A stretch of DNA of 57,170 nt from Alphaproteobacteria bacterium (GTDB lineage: Bacteria > Myxococcota_A > UBA796 > SXON01): contig JBEIQZ010000001.1 of the NCBI GenBank assembly GCA_040376255.1, positions 1 to 57,170 of the forward strand. The letters are read 5' to 3'. This document shows, piece after piece, positions 28,330-37,219 of the stretch. The position numbers and the translations under genes are program-made. The notes beneath the pieces are model-generated. The model was not told where the DNA came from. It did not search any database and was given only the letters and a program-made list of their open reading frames with translations. Numbering within the stretch: position 1 is the first letter of the stretch; each line of letters starts with the position of its first letter.

Positions 28330-28937
28330 TTCCGGTACCTCCAGGTGTCGATGTGGAACCGGAGCCGCCCGTACAACCCCAGCCCGGCGCGGGAGAGCGG
28401 CCCCTGGGCCTCCCAGACCGTCAACAGTTCGTGGTGCAGCGCCTCGCGCGCCCACCAGTAGCGCGGGATCACGTCCACCGCCTCGAACCACTGGTGGCGG
28501 CTCCCCTTGGAGCCTCCTGCCAATTCGTTGAACAGTCCGGTGCGGAAGCCGGAGACCACCTCCACCGGCCCTACCTCCGGCACGATCCGATCCCGGAGCA
28601 GCCGGAGCGTCGGCACCATCCCCGCCCACTGATCGCGCGGCGGAACGGCGAACGGCGGCTGCATCGTCATGCGCCAGTCGGTCCCCTGCCGCCAGAGGTG
28701 CCAGGGAGGCGCGACGTCGTCCACATTGTGCTGCTGGAGGAACAGGACGAATTCTTCGTAGCGCCGACCCGCGTCCGGCCAGGTCTTCGCCACCACCGGA
28801 TCCGCCAGGAAGGCGTCGAACATCGCCCGATCCGGCACGTCCTGGCGCTGCACCTCGACCGCGCCGCACTGATCGAGGAAGCCCGGCAGGTCAGGGTGCT
28901 CCGGTCGGACGCCCGCGAGGAGGAACGCCTCATACAT
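28323..28937 (-). CDS. Peptidase M15 (zinc D-Ala-D-Ala carboxypeptidase-like / YcbK-type) family protein
   Basis: SGFRTGLFNELAGGSKGSRHQWFEAVD and RFHID zinc-ligand pattern. The first ATG is at 28937. The in-frame upstream sequence LIQTLQVAALAALLSCQ (to 29054) looks like a lipoprotein signal. Confidence 0.6.
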   Translation of the reverse strand: MYEAFLLAGVRPEHPDLPGFLDQCGAVEVQRQDVPDRAMFDAFLADPVVAKTWPDAGRRYEEFVLFLQQHNVDDVAPPWHLWRQGTDWRMTMQPPFAVPPRDQWAGMVPTLRLLRDRIVPEVGPVEVVSGFRTGLFNELAGGSKGSRHQWFEAVDVIPRYWWAREALHHELLTVWEAQGPLSRAGLGLYGRLRFHIDTWRYRKW

Positions 28938-29050
28938 CGGGTGCTCCTGACCCTCCGGCCAGGGGGGCGGCAGCAGCGGCGGCGCGGGCGCGGGCGGATC
29001 GGCCTGACAGGAGAGCAGGGCGGCCAGCGCGGCGACCTGCAGGGTCTGGA

Positions 29051-30235
29051 TCAGGGGATCACCGCGAACAGCCCCTTCCCGATGTCCGCGACATAGAGGC
29101 GGCGCTGGCGATCCTGGCCGAAGGCGCTCGGGTTCAATTCGAACGTGCCGAGCGACACCGGCTTCCCGCCCGCCGGATCGAGCGTCCAGAAGCGCCCGCT
29201 GGCGAAGTCCGCGTACACATAGCGCCCGTCGAGCGCGGGGATGGACGGACCCCGGTACACCAGCCCGCCGGTCACGGACTGCCCCTCCCGGTGCGAGTAC
29301 TCGGCCACCGGCGCGACGAGCCCGGCGCTGTCACAGGTCTCTGCCTCGAAGCAGTGCGTCGCCTCCATGATGTTCCAGCCGTAGTTGCCGCCCTTGACGC
29401 CCCGGTTGATCTCCTCCCAGGTGTCCTGTCCGACGTCGGCGAACCACAGCGTCGCCCCGTCGAAGTGCATCCCCCACGGGTTGCGGACGCCATACGCCCA
29501 TATCTCAGGGCGGATATTCTCCTGATTGGTGAAGGGGTTGTCGGCGGGGACACGGTAATTGCCCGCCCCGCCCGCTGCAGACCCGCTCACAGGCCCGCTC
29601 ACATCTATCCGCAGGATGCTCCCGAGCAGATCCCGCCGATCCTGGCCGGTCCCGCGCGGATCGCCGCCCGATCCGCCGTCCCCCACCGCCACATACAGCA
29701 TCCCGTCCGGCCCGAAGGCAAGCGCGCCGGAATTGTGGTTGGGCCAGGGTTGGTCATAGCGCAGGATCTCGACCTCAGAGGCGGTGTCCACCGCCCCCCC
29801 CGGCCCCTCTGCCAGCAGGAAGGAGGCGATCTTTGACTTGATCTGCCTGCCTTCGCGGAAGGTATAATTTACAAAGATCCGCCGATCCGTCGGCCAGCGC
29901 GGGTGGATCGCCAGCCCGAGCAGCCCCAGCTCTCCGCCCGACACCAGCCGCCCGCTGATGTCGCCGATGGGCGCTGCCTGATCCAGCTCGCGGAAGCGGC
30001 CGGCCGCCTCGACGTAGATGAGCCGATCCGGCCCCGCCGGGGTCGCCGCGATGCCGGTGATGACCTCGCCCGGCCCCGCCGGCTTCAGGCGGAAGGGAGG
30101 CCCGGCAGGGGCGCCAGCCGCGCCGGCCGCGCCGGCCGCCCGGGCTGCCTCCACGGGCGGCGGTGCCTGGAACGGGATCTCGCTGGAGGAGCAACCCGGG
30201 AGGGAGGACAGTGCGAGCAGAACCGCCACAATCAT
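29051..30235 (-). CDS. PQQ-dependent sugar dehydrogenase (soluble aldose/sorbosone dehydrogenase family), lipoprotein
   Basis: Contains HNSGALAFGPDGMLYVAVGDGG, EIWAYGVRNPWGMHFD, GGNYGWN and SVTGGLVYRG. ATG 30235 gives MIVAVLLALSSLPGC (lipobox). Confidence 0.8.
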   Translation of the reverse strand: MIVAVLLALSSLPGCSSSEIPFQAPPPVEAARAAGAAGAAGAPAGPPFRLKPAGPGEVITGIAATPAGPDRLIYVEAAGRFRELDQAAPIGDISGRLVSGGELGLLGLAIHPRWPTDRRIFVNYTFREGRQIKSKIASFLLAEGPGGAVDTASEVEILRYDQPWPNHNSGALAFGPDGMLYVAVGDGGSGGDPRGTGQDRRDLLGSILRIDVSGPVSGSAAGGAGNYRVPADNPFTNQENIRPEIWAYGVRNPWGMHFDGATLWFADVGQDTWEEINRGVKGGNYGWNIMEATHCFEAETCDSAGLVAPVAEYSHREGQSVTGGLVYRGPSIPALDGRYVYADFASGRFWTLDPAGGKPVSLGTFELNPSAFGQDRQRRLYVADIGKGLFAVIP

Positions 30236-30316
30236 ACAGCTCTGATAACATTCTGATAATACCCTGGGGCTGGATCTCCAGCGGCGATTCAGGTACACAA
30301 CGATTCCGGAGGATTC

Positions 30317-31180
30317 ATGGACGACGGACAGGAGGAACAGCCCTCTCAGGTGGCAGGTTGTCTGGTCAAGCTGATCTCGCACGGGGTGGTGTTGATGGCG
30401 GGCGTGATGCTCGGGTACATCATCCCTGTCCTCTATGAGCAGCTCCAGAACCCGGAGATCATGGCGTCTCCAGAGGCGGAATTCTCGCGGGCCGAGCTGA
30501 TCGCCAAGCTGGAGGCGCAGGAGAAGGCGTACCAGGATCTCCTCAACAGCACCTCCAAGCTCGACACAGAGCAGAAGGAGCAGATCGCCTCCGCCTCCGG
30601 CAAGGTCGTCGATCTGGAGGGAAAGGTCGCGGCGAAGCAGAAGGAGATGGAGGTCATCCAGGCTAAGCTGAAGAAGACCGAGGGCAAGAGCGCGTCGCGC
30701 AAGAAGGAGCTGGAGACCGCGCAGGCGGAGCTTGATGCGCTGCGGACGCAGCTCGCCGAGGCCGTCGCCGAGAAGGATCGGCTCACCGTCGAGCTGAACA
30801 TCTCCCGCGAGGAGACCACCGTGGCCCGCCAGGAGACCACCGTGGCCCGCCAGGAGACAGACACCGCCCGCGCCGACGAGGCATGGGCGAAATTCCGCAG
30901 CGATGCCTTCGTGCGGATCTGCAAGAAAGGAACAGCCAACAAGCTGGATCGTTGCCGTGAAGAGCTCGATGCCTCGCTCAGCGGCAAGAGCGCCCGCTTC
31001 AAGCAGTGCGTCCTCTCCAAGCAGGCCGCGCCCCGGCTCATCGAGATCGAGAACAAGCGCGATCCCTCGCTGCCGCGCAACTCGGAGTGGATGGGGCAGG
31101 ACTCTGACTTCATGAAAGATAAGTTTTATGTCACATTCTGTGATCCAAGCCTGCCGGAAGCAGGCGGACTCGACGATTAA
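30317..31180 (+). CDS. Membrane-anchored coiled-coil protein with a Cys-containing C-terminal domain
   Basis: N-terminal TM segment (VVLMAGVMLGYIIPVLY), then about 150 aa of heptad-like K/E/Q/A sequence with an ETTVARQ duplication. Visibly lower GC than its neighbours. Confidence 0.6.
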   Translation: MDDGQEEQPSQVAGCLVKLISHGVVLMAGVMLGYIIPVLYEQLQNPEIMASPEAEFSRAELIAKLEAQEKAYQDLLNSTSKLDTEQKEQIASASGKVVDLEGKVAAKQKEMEVIQAKLKKTEGKSASRKKELETAQAELDALRTQLAEAVAEKDRLTVELNISREETTVARQETTVARQETDTARADEAWAKFRSDAFVRICKKGTANKLDRCREELDASLSGKSARFKQCVLSKQAAPRLIEIENKRDPSLPRNSEWMGQDSDFMKDKFYVTFCDPSLPEAGGLDD

Positions 31181-31272
31181 TCAACCAGCAGAAGACGCCC
31201 TTGCCAGCCCCACGCGCCCCGATCAGCTCCGCTGATCCAGCCTCTCCCGCTGCAGACCTGCAGAGCCTCAAC

Positions 31273-31992
31273 ATGGAGCGGTTCCTCGATCTGTACCAGG
31301 ATCGCCCGCCGCTCACCACCGGGCTCGCCTGGGGCATGCTGTTCCTCTACGCCGCCGCCGCCTTCTGGGAGTGGACGCATGCGCGCACCGTCTGGTGGCT
31401 CGCGCTCATCGGCGAGCACTCCCTTGGCACGCTCCTGCTGTTCGGCGCGCGCTCCGCCGGTCGCGTCGCGCAGGGGGAGATGTGGCGCCTGCTGACCAGC
31501 GGCTTCGTCCACGGCGGCATCCTTCATGTCGGCGTCAACTGCCTCGCCCTCGTCGGCCTCGGTCGCATCGGAGAGACGGTGTTCGGCTCGACCCGCTTCT
31601 TCTGGATCTTCCTGCTCTCCATCACCGGCGGCGCGCTCCTCGCCCAGATGTCCGGCAGCCCCCTCTCCTTCGGAGCCAGCGGCGGCCTGTTCGGCATCAT
31701 GGGCGCGCTGCTCTCCTTCGGCTGGACGCGCCAGCACCTCCTCCCTGCCAACATGGTCCGCTTCTTCGGCACCCAGCTCGCCGCGTGGACGCTGCTGAAC
31801 CTCGCCATCGGCTTCGTCCTCCCCTTCATCAGCAACGCCAGCCACATCGGCGGCCTCATCACCGGGCTGGCCGCCGGAGCCGTCCACGCGGATCGGCTCA
31901 CCGGCAAGAAGTCCGGCTCAGACGATGTGATGTTCGCGCTGCTCTGCGGCGGGACGCTGCTGCTCTGCTTCGGCTGCCTGCTGCTCTCCTGA
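31273..31992 (+). CDS. Rhomboid family intramembrane serine protease
   Basis: Contains WRLLTSGFVHGGILHVGVNC, GASGGLFGIMGA (catalytic Ser) and ASHIGGLITGLAAG (catalytic His). Confidence 0.8.
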   Translation: MERFLDLYQDRPPLTTGLAWGMLFLYAAAAFWEWTHARTVWWLALIGEHSLGTLLLFGARSAGRVAQGEMWRLLTSGFVHGGILHVGVNCLALVGLGRIGETVFGSTRFFWIFLLSITGGALLAQMSGSPLSFGASGGLFGIMGALLSFGWTRQHLLPANMVRFFGTQLAAWTLLNLAIGFVLPFISNASHIGGLITGLAAGAVHADRLTGKKSGSDDVMFALLCGGTLLLCFGCLLLS

Positions 31993-32020
31993 GCGGCCCC
32001 GCCTGAGCGCGACGCCGGTT

Positions 32021-32896
32021 CTACATCAGCCCCCCCACCGCCTCCTGGCACCGATCCAGCGTCGCCGTCTTGCCCGGATCAGACGCGATCGCCGCCCCGA
32101 ACCTGAGGCGCACCGCCCCCGCGTACATCCCCGACTCGTCGCGCGGGAAGACGCGGTCGGTGCCGGTCTGGGCGAGGGGGAGGATCTGGAGGTCGGGGAG
32201 GGAGCAGTAGCGGGCGGCGGCGCGAAGGAAGGGCTGGAGCCGGCCGTCGCGGGAGCGGGTGCCTTCGGGGTAGAGGAGGATGATCCACCCCTCGTCCATG
32301 AGGCGGGCGCAGTCATCGATGGCGTCGAGGGCGATGCGGGCGACCTCGCGCGGGGGGAGGTTCAGCTCGGTGGCGACGGCGCCGCTCTGGGGGGTCTTGC
32401 GGGTGTTGAGGGAGATGGCGGCGACGCGGCGCCAGGGATCGGTGTAGACCTTCGGCCCGGCGATGGCGGTGAGGCGGTCGGCGGCGGCGTAGCCGAGGGA
32501 GGCGAGGACGGCGTCGGTGGTCTGGGTGTCGGTGTAGGAGAGGTGGTTGCAGACGATCATGCGGCGGCGGGGGCCGCTGCTCAGGAAGGCGTCGAGGTGG
32601 GCGGCGCCCTCGACCTCGGGCTGGAGGAGCAGGGGCATGAAGGCGCGGGAGAGACGCCGGGCGAGGGGGTCGGCGGGGTAGAAGCGCCACTCCTCTCCGG
32701 CGCGGGCGAAGTCCTGCTGCATGGCGACGATCTCCGCAGGATCGGTCTGTTCGAGGATGGCCCGGAGGCGGGCCTCGGCGGCGGCGGCGAGATCGGGGGC
32801 GCCCTGGATCTGCCCGGCCATCCAGGGGGGGAGCGAGAGCGCGAGCAGCTCAGGGGGGAGGTTGGCGATGATTTCGCCCAGTGCAGCAGGAGGCAT
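32021..32896 (-). CDS. Lysophospholipid (1-acyl-sn-glycerol-3-phosphate type) acyltransferase family protein
   Basis: NHLSYTD (HX4D) and YPEGTRS motifs. Confidence 0.75.
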   Translation of the reverse strand: MPPAALGEIIANLPPELLALSLPPWMAGQIQGAPDLAAAAEARLRAILEQTDPAEIVAMQQDFARAGEEWRFYPADPLARRLSRAFMPLLLQPEVEGAAHLDAFLSSGPRRRMIVCNHLSYTDTQTTDAVLASLGYAAADRLTAIAGPKVYTDPWRRVAAISLNTRKTPQSGAVATELNLPPREVARIALDAIDDCARLMDEGWIILLYPEGTRSRDGRLQPFLRAAARYCSLPDLQILPLAQTGTDRVFPRDESGMYAGAVRLRFGAAIASDPGKTATLDRCQEAVGGLM

Positions 32897-32929
32897 CGCA
32901 ACACATCATAACCGGATAGATCGGGTCTG

Positions 32930-34015
32930 ATGATCGCAGAGCGCAGCAGGTTGTCAGGTGAGTTGCCATCAGAGCTGCTGGAGGCGGACGCAGCCTACCA
33001 CCGGCTGCTCCAGCAGGTGGCCTTCTCGCAACACCTCAACCCGGTGAACGGCCCGCAGGCGCGGGCGCTCTTCATGCGGGGCATGGAGGCGCCGCCGCTG
33101 CTGTACGACGCGCCGCTGTGGGCGGAGGAGGCGCTGGCGCTGCTGGACGGGCTGGTGATCCCGCGCATGCACCCGCTGGGGGAGGAGCTCGCGCGCGCGG
33201 CGGCGCAGACGCGGCTGTTGATCGTGGCGCTGCAGGAGCGCACGGCAGAGGCGTTCGCGGCGCTGAACGCGGCCTCCGGCTGGGGCGCGCTGATCGAGGC
33301 GGAGCTGCCGGAGCCTGAGCCGGATCTGCCGGTTCCGGGCAGCGGGCTGGACGCGGCGGAGATGCGGCGGGTGCTGGAGGAGGCGCTTGAGGCGCGGGGG
33401 CTGTCGGGGTGGCGGGTGGAGGCCGATCCGGTGATGTCGGCGCGCGTGCTGGTGGACAGCCCGAAGAAGCTGCTGCGCGTCCACCCCGGCGCGCTGTTCC
33501 ACGCGGCGGATCGGGCGGGGCTGGTGGCGCACGAGATCGACGTCCATGTGATGCGGGGGGTCGCCGGGCAGCGGCAGCCGCTCCGGTTGTTCTCCAGTGG
33601 CCTCGCCGGGGCGGATCGGGCGGAGGAGGGGCTGGCGATCCACGCCGAGCGGCGCGCCGGGACGCTGTCCAACCGGTTCCCGCACCGCCAGCGCATCGTT
33701 CATCAGGCGATCGCCCGCGCCGCTGAGCAGGGCTTCCGTGAGATCTACGAGTGGCTGCTCGGCGAGACGGGCGCCTCCTTCGCCTGGGGCGTCTGTCTGC
33801 GGATCAAGCGCGGGCTGAAGGCGCCGGATCAGCCCGGCGTGTACGCGAAGGACTGCATCTACCTGCGGGGCTACCGCGAGGTCGGCGCGTGGCTGGCGGC
33901 GGAGAGCGACATCGATATGCTCTATGTCGGCAAGGTCGGGCTTCACCACCCGGTCGCTGAGTGGATCGCGGCGGGGTGGATCGCGCCGGGAACGGCGCCG
34001 CAGATATGGAAGTGA
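32930..34015 (+). CDS. DUF1704 (QEGLA-motif / MATCAP-like Tyr/Phe carboxypeptidase domain) metallopeptidase
   Basis: HEIDVHVMRG (HExxH) and RAEEGLAIHAE (QEGLA-type motif). Confidence 0.7.
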   Translation: MIAERSRLSGELPSELLEADAAYHRLLQQVAFSQHLNPVNGPQARALFMRGMEAPPLLYDAPLWAEEALALLDGLVIPRMHPLGEELARAAAQTRLLIVALQERTAEAFAALNAASGWGALIEAELPEPEPDLPVPGSGLDAAEMRRVLEEALEARGLSGWRVEADPVMSARVLVDSPKKLLRVHPGALFHAADRAGLVAHEIDVHVMRGVAGQRQPLRLFSSGLAGADRAEEGLAIHAERRAGTLSNRFPHRQRIVHQAIARAAEQGFREIYEWLLGETGASFAWGVCLRIKRGLKAPDQPGVYAKDCIYLRGYREVGAWLAAESDIDMLYVGKVGLHHPVAEWIAAGWIAPGTAPQIWK

Positions 34016-34016
34016 T

Positions 34017-36099
34017 ATGGAGATAGAAGAGTTTGCTCAAAATGTTTTATTGACTCCGACCCTCGCAGCGAAGCTGGAGATGCCCGCCGGGCTGACCGAT
34101 CGGCAGCCGGGGCCGGGCGGCTGGTACGGGGCGCGTCCGGCGCGTCCGGCGGGGCTCACGGCGCGCCCGGGGCAGGAGCGGGTGAAGCTGCCGGGGGGCT
34201 GAGGGGCTGCGGGAGGCGCGGGCGCGGGGGCTGCTGCTGCACCACTTCGCGAACCACGAATTGCTGGCGCTGGAGCTGATGGCGCTCGCGCTGCTGCGGT
34301 TCCCGGAGGCGCCGGCGGCGTTCCGGCGCGGGCTGCTGCAGGCGCTCGGCGAGGAGCAGCGGCACCTCGCGCTGTACATCGGGCGCATGGAGGCGTCGGG
34401 GGTGGCGTTCGGGGAGGTGGCGGTCAACGATTTTTTCTGGCGCTGCCTGGAGGACATGCGGACGCCGATGGATTTCGTGATCCGGATGTCGCTGACACTG
34501 GAGCAGGCGAATCTTGATTATTCAAGATACTACAAGAATATTTTTGAGATACTGGGAGATACAGAGACGGCGGCGGTGCTGGCGCAGGTGCATGCGGACG
34601 AGATCGGGCATGTGCGGCTGGGGCTTCACTGGTTCCGGCAGTGGAAGGAGCCGGGGGCGGGGGACTGGGAGGCGTTCTGCGCGGGGCTGGAGGGCGGGCC
34701 GGGGGCGGGCCCCGCTGTGCTGGGGCCGTCGCGGGCGAAGGGGCCGGAATTCGACAGGGAGGTGCGGCTGGGGCTGGGGCTGGACGCGGCGTTCGTCGAT
34801 CAGCTCCAGCTCTGGGGCCGGTCGCGGGGGCGGCCTCCGACCGTGTGGTGGTTCAACCCGTCCTGCGAGGAGGAGATCGCGAGGGGGAAGCCTGGGCATC
34901 AGCCGACCGCGCCGCTGAAGGCGCTGCAGGCGGATCTCGCCCAGGGGATGCTCTGGCTGGCGGCGCGGGAGGACGCGGTGGTGCTGGAGCGGCCCCCCTC
35001 GCAGGCGTGGCTGCAGGAGGTGCTGGCGGTGCGGGGCGGGCTGCCGGAGATCGCGGACTCCCCGGCGGCGCTGGCGGGGCGGAAGCTGGGGCGGCTGTCC
35101 CCGTGGGGCTGGAGCCCGGAGGCGGGGGTGCGGATGGCAGGGCTGAAGGGGCAGCTCACTGCGCCGGGGCGGTCGGAGTGGTCGCCGGAATTGGCGCCGG
35201 TGTACGCGAAGGACGGGGCGGTGGCGCTGCGGCGGCGGCTGTGGGAGGCGGTGCGGGACGATCCGGCGGAGCGGGCGGAGGAGTGGCTGTGCGCGCCGGA
35301 GGGTGAGGTCTGCGGGACGGTGGCGGAGGTGGAGGCGGCCTGCCTGCGGTGGCCGGAGGCGGTGATCAAGGCGCGGTGGAAGTGCAGCGGGCGCGACATG
35401 TTCCGGCGGACAGCGGAGGGCTGGACAGAGCCGAGGCGGCGCTGGCTGGAGCGGACGCTGGCGGCGCAGGGGGCGGTGATCGTGGAGCCGTGGTACCGGC
35501 GGCTGGCGGACTTCTCCTGGCACTGGGACGCGGTGCAGGAGCCGGCGGCCGGCGGGGGCGGGGCAGATCCCGGCGGTCAGGTGCGGCTGGAGGGGCGGGG
35601 GATCTGCCGCTTTGTCACCGATGAGGCGGGGCGCTTCCTCGGGACGCACCTCGGGGGCTGGCAGGAGGAGCTGGGCGAGCCGTTGCGGCGGTTCTTACAC
35701 GGGGATGGCCGCGATCCGCGCCGCCTGCCCCGGCTGAAGGCCGCGCTGGGGCGACTGCTGGCGCCGGTGATCGCGCCGCTCTTTGAGGGGGCGGGGCGGC
35801 AGGAGCAGCCGGTGGGCGTGGACGCGATGATCGTGGAGACCCCGGCGGGGCCGCGCCTGCAGCCGGTGGTGGAGATCAACCCGCGCTGGACGATGGGGCG
35901 GCTCTCGCTGGCGCTCGCCGCGCACCTCCACCCGAAGTCGACCGGCCAGTGGCGCATCCTGCCCGTCGCCATCGCCCGCGCGCTGCCGCCCGATCCGGTG
36001 CGGCTGTCCGGCGGGCGCTGGCAGGAGGGGCGCGTCTACACCACCGATCCGGCTACGGCGGCGGCGGTGGTGGGGGTGGCAGAGATCCGGCCCCGCTGA
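34017..36099 (+). pseudogene. DUF455 (ferritin-like di-iron) fused to an ATP-grasp-like domain; reading frame broken in a G6 run (frameshift or sequencing error)
   Basis: Frame A (34017-34199) gives MEIEEFAQNVLLTPTLAAKLE...ERVKLPGG then a stop. Frame B (open from 34186) gives AEGLREARARGLLLHHFANHELLALELMALALLRFPEAP...EEQRH, the DUF455 core. The C-terminal half has VIKARWKCSGRD, VIVEPWY and VVEINPRWTMG, which are ATP-grasp-like. Removing one G from 34193-34198 joins the frames. Confidence 0.6.
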
Positions 36100-37219
36100 T
36101 CTCCCCGGCCCGGATCGTCTGCTCCCACAGCGTCACCACCGGCTGATCGCTGAACGGCGCCGCATCGGGGAGGTTGCGGAGCCGGTGGTAGCGGACGGCG
36201 ATCCGCAGCGCCGCCCATCGGCCTGCCTCAGGCGGCGCGGCGAGGGGGATCCGGCGCGTCTCGTCAGGCAGCAGCGTGGTGTCGGCCTCCTCGATGAGCT
36301 GCGGGAGCCGGATGCGCCGCTCCAGCCAGACGGAGCGGGAGGTAACCGGCACGGGAGATCGTGTAGCATATTGTATAATATCAGCTTGCTCAAACCATTC
36401 AAGCTGTATCTCTACGGCACGGGCCGGTTCAGAGGTCGGGAGGTTGTGCCCGGCGAGGTTGTGGAGGACGAGGGCGGCGCCGGACAGATCGACGCGCACG
36501 TCGAGCGCGGCGCGCAGGAAGTCGGTGTCCGTCCCGCCGGGGAAGGTGTGCTGGCGGCCGGGGCGCGGCGGGAAGCCCTGCATGAGCGGGCGGGTGATCG
36601 CGGGCATGTGGCAGTCAGCGCAGGTGTCGGCGCGACCGGTCTGCTGCTGCCAGCGGTCATGCTCGCCGTGGGTGTCAGAGAGCGGGCGTTCGAGGCGCGT
36701 GAGCGGCGGGGCGTCGAGCTGGTGGCAGCTGATACAGCGCGCGGGAGAGGAAAAATCCGGGTCGTACCGGATCGCGTGGGGCGCAGACGGGAGGTCGTGC
36801 GGCCCGGCGATCACGGCGCCGTCCGCTGCGGGCTGGAGGTGGCAGGCGACGCAGGTGACGCCTTCATGGGTGAGGCGGGGATCGTAGCCGGGGTTGGGGC
36901 TGCCCTCGATGCGGAGGGGGGTGAGCGAGCTGAGGCGCAGGGGGAGCAGGGGGAGCTGGGCGGGGACGGGGGTGTGGCAGGCAAGACAGCTGTAGAATTG
37001 CTGATTGTCCGCCCAGTCCTTCTGGAACACCGGGTCTGACCAGCTCCCGGCCATCTGGCTGTGCCGCCACTCCTCGTAGATGGCGGTGTGGCAGAGGCCG
37101 CAGTCCTCCGCAGAGAGGCTGCTCAGCCCCTGCGGCGGGGGCAGATCGGAGAGGTGTGGCTGCGGCAGCCGCTCGTAGAGCCACTGGTTGATGCAGCCCA
37201 GAGAGAGCGCGAGCAGCAT
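36053..37219 (-). CDS. Pentaheme c-type cytochrome (cytochrome c554-like multiheme family), lipoprotein-like signal
   Basis: Five CxxCH motifs: CGLCH, CLACH, CVACH, CISCH, CADCH. N-terminal LALSLGC. The ATG immediately follows the kinase stop codon. Confidence 0.8.
   Translation of the reverse strand: MLLALSLGCINQWLYERLPQPHLSDLPPPQGLSSLSAEDCGLCHTAIYEEWRHSQMAGSWSDPVFQKDWADNQQFYSCLACHTPVPAQLPLLPLRLSSLTPLRIEGSPNPGYDPRLTHEGVTCVACHLQPAADGAVIAGPHDLPSAPHAIRYDPDFSSPARCISCHQLDAPPLTRLERPLSDTHGEHDRWQQQTGRADTCADCHMPAITRPLMQGFPPRPGRQHTFPGGTDTDFLRAALDVRVDLSGAALVLHNLAGHNLPTSEPARAVEIQLEWFEQADIIQYATRSPVPVTSRSVWLERRIRLPQLIEEADTTLLPDETRRIPLAAPPEAGRWAALRIAVRYHRLRNLPDAAPFSDQPVVTLWEQTIRAGEISGAGSLPPPPPPPP

Noticed and set aside
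26689-28869. 590-aa plus-strand ORF, and the 709-aa minus-strand ORF read as a single gene
   Set aside because: The plus-strand ORF is antisense to the FAD monooxygenase. The 709-aa ORF is the monooxygenase frame running on through the M15 peptidase gene. The real start is the GTG at about 28329, just before the GxGxxG fold.
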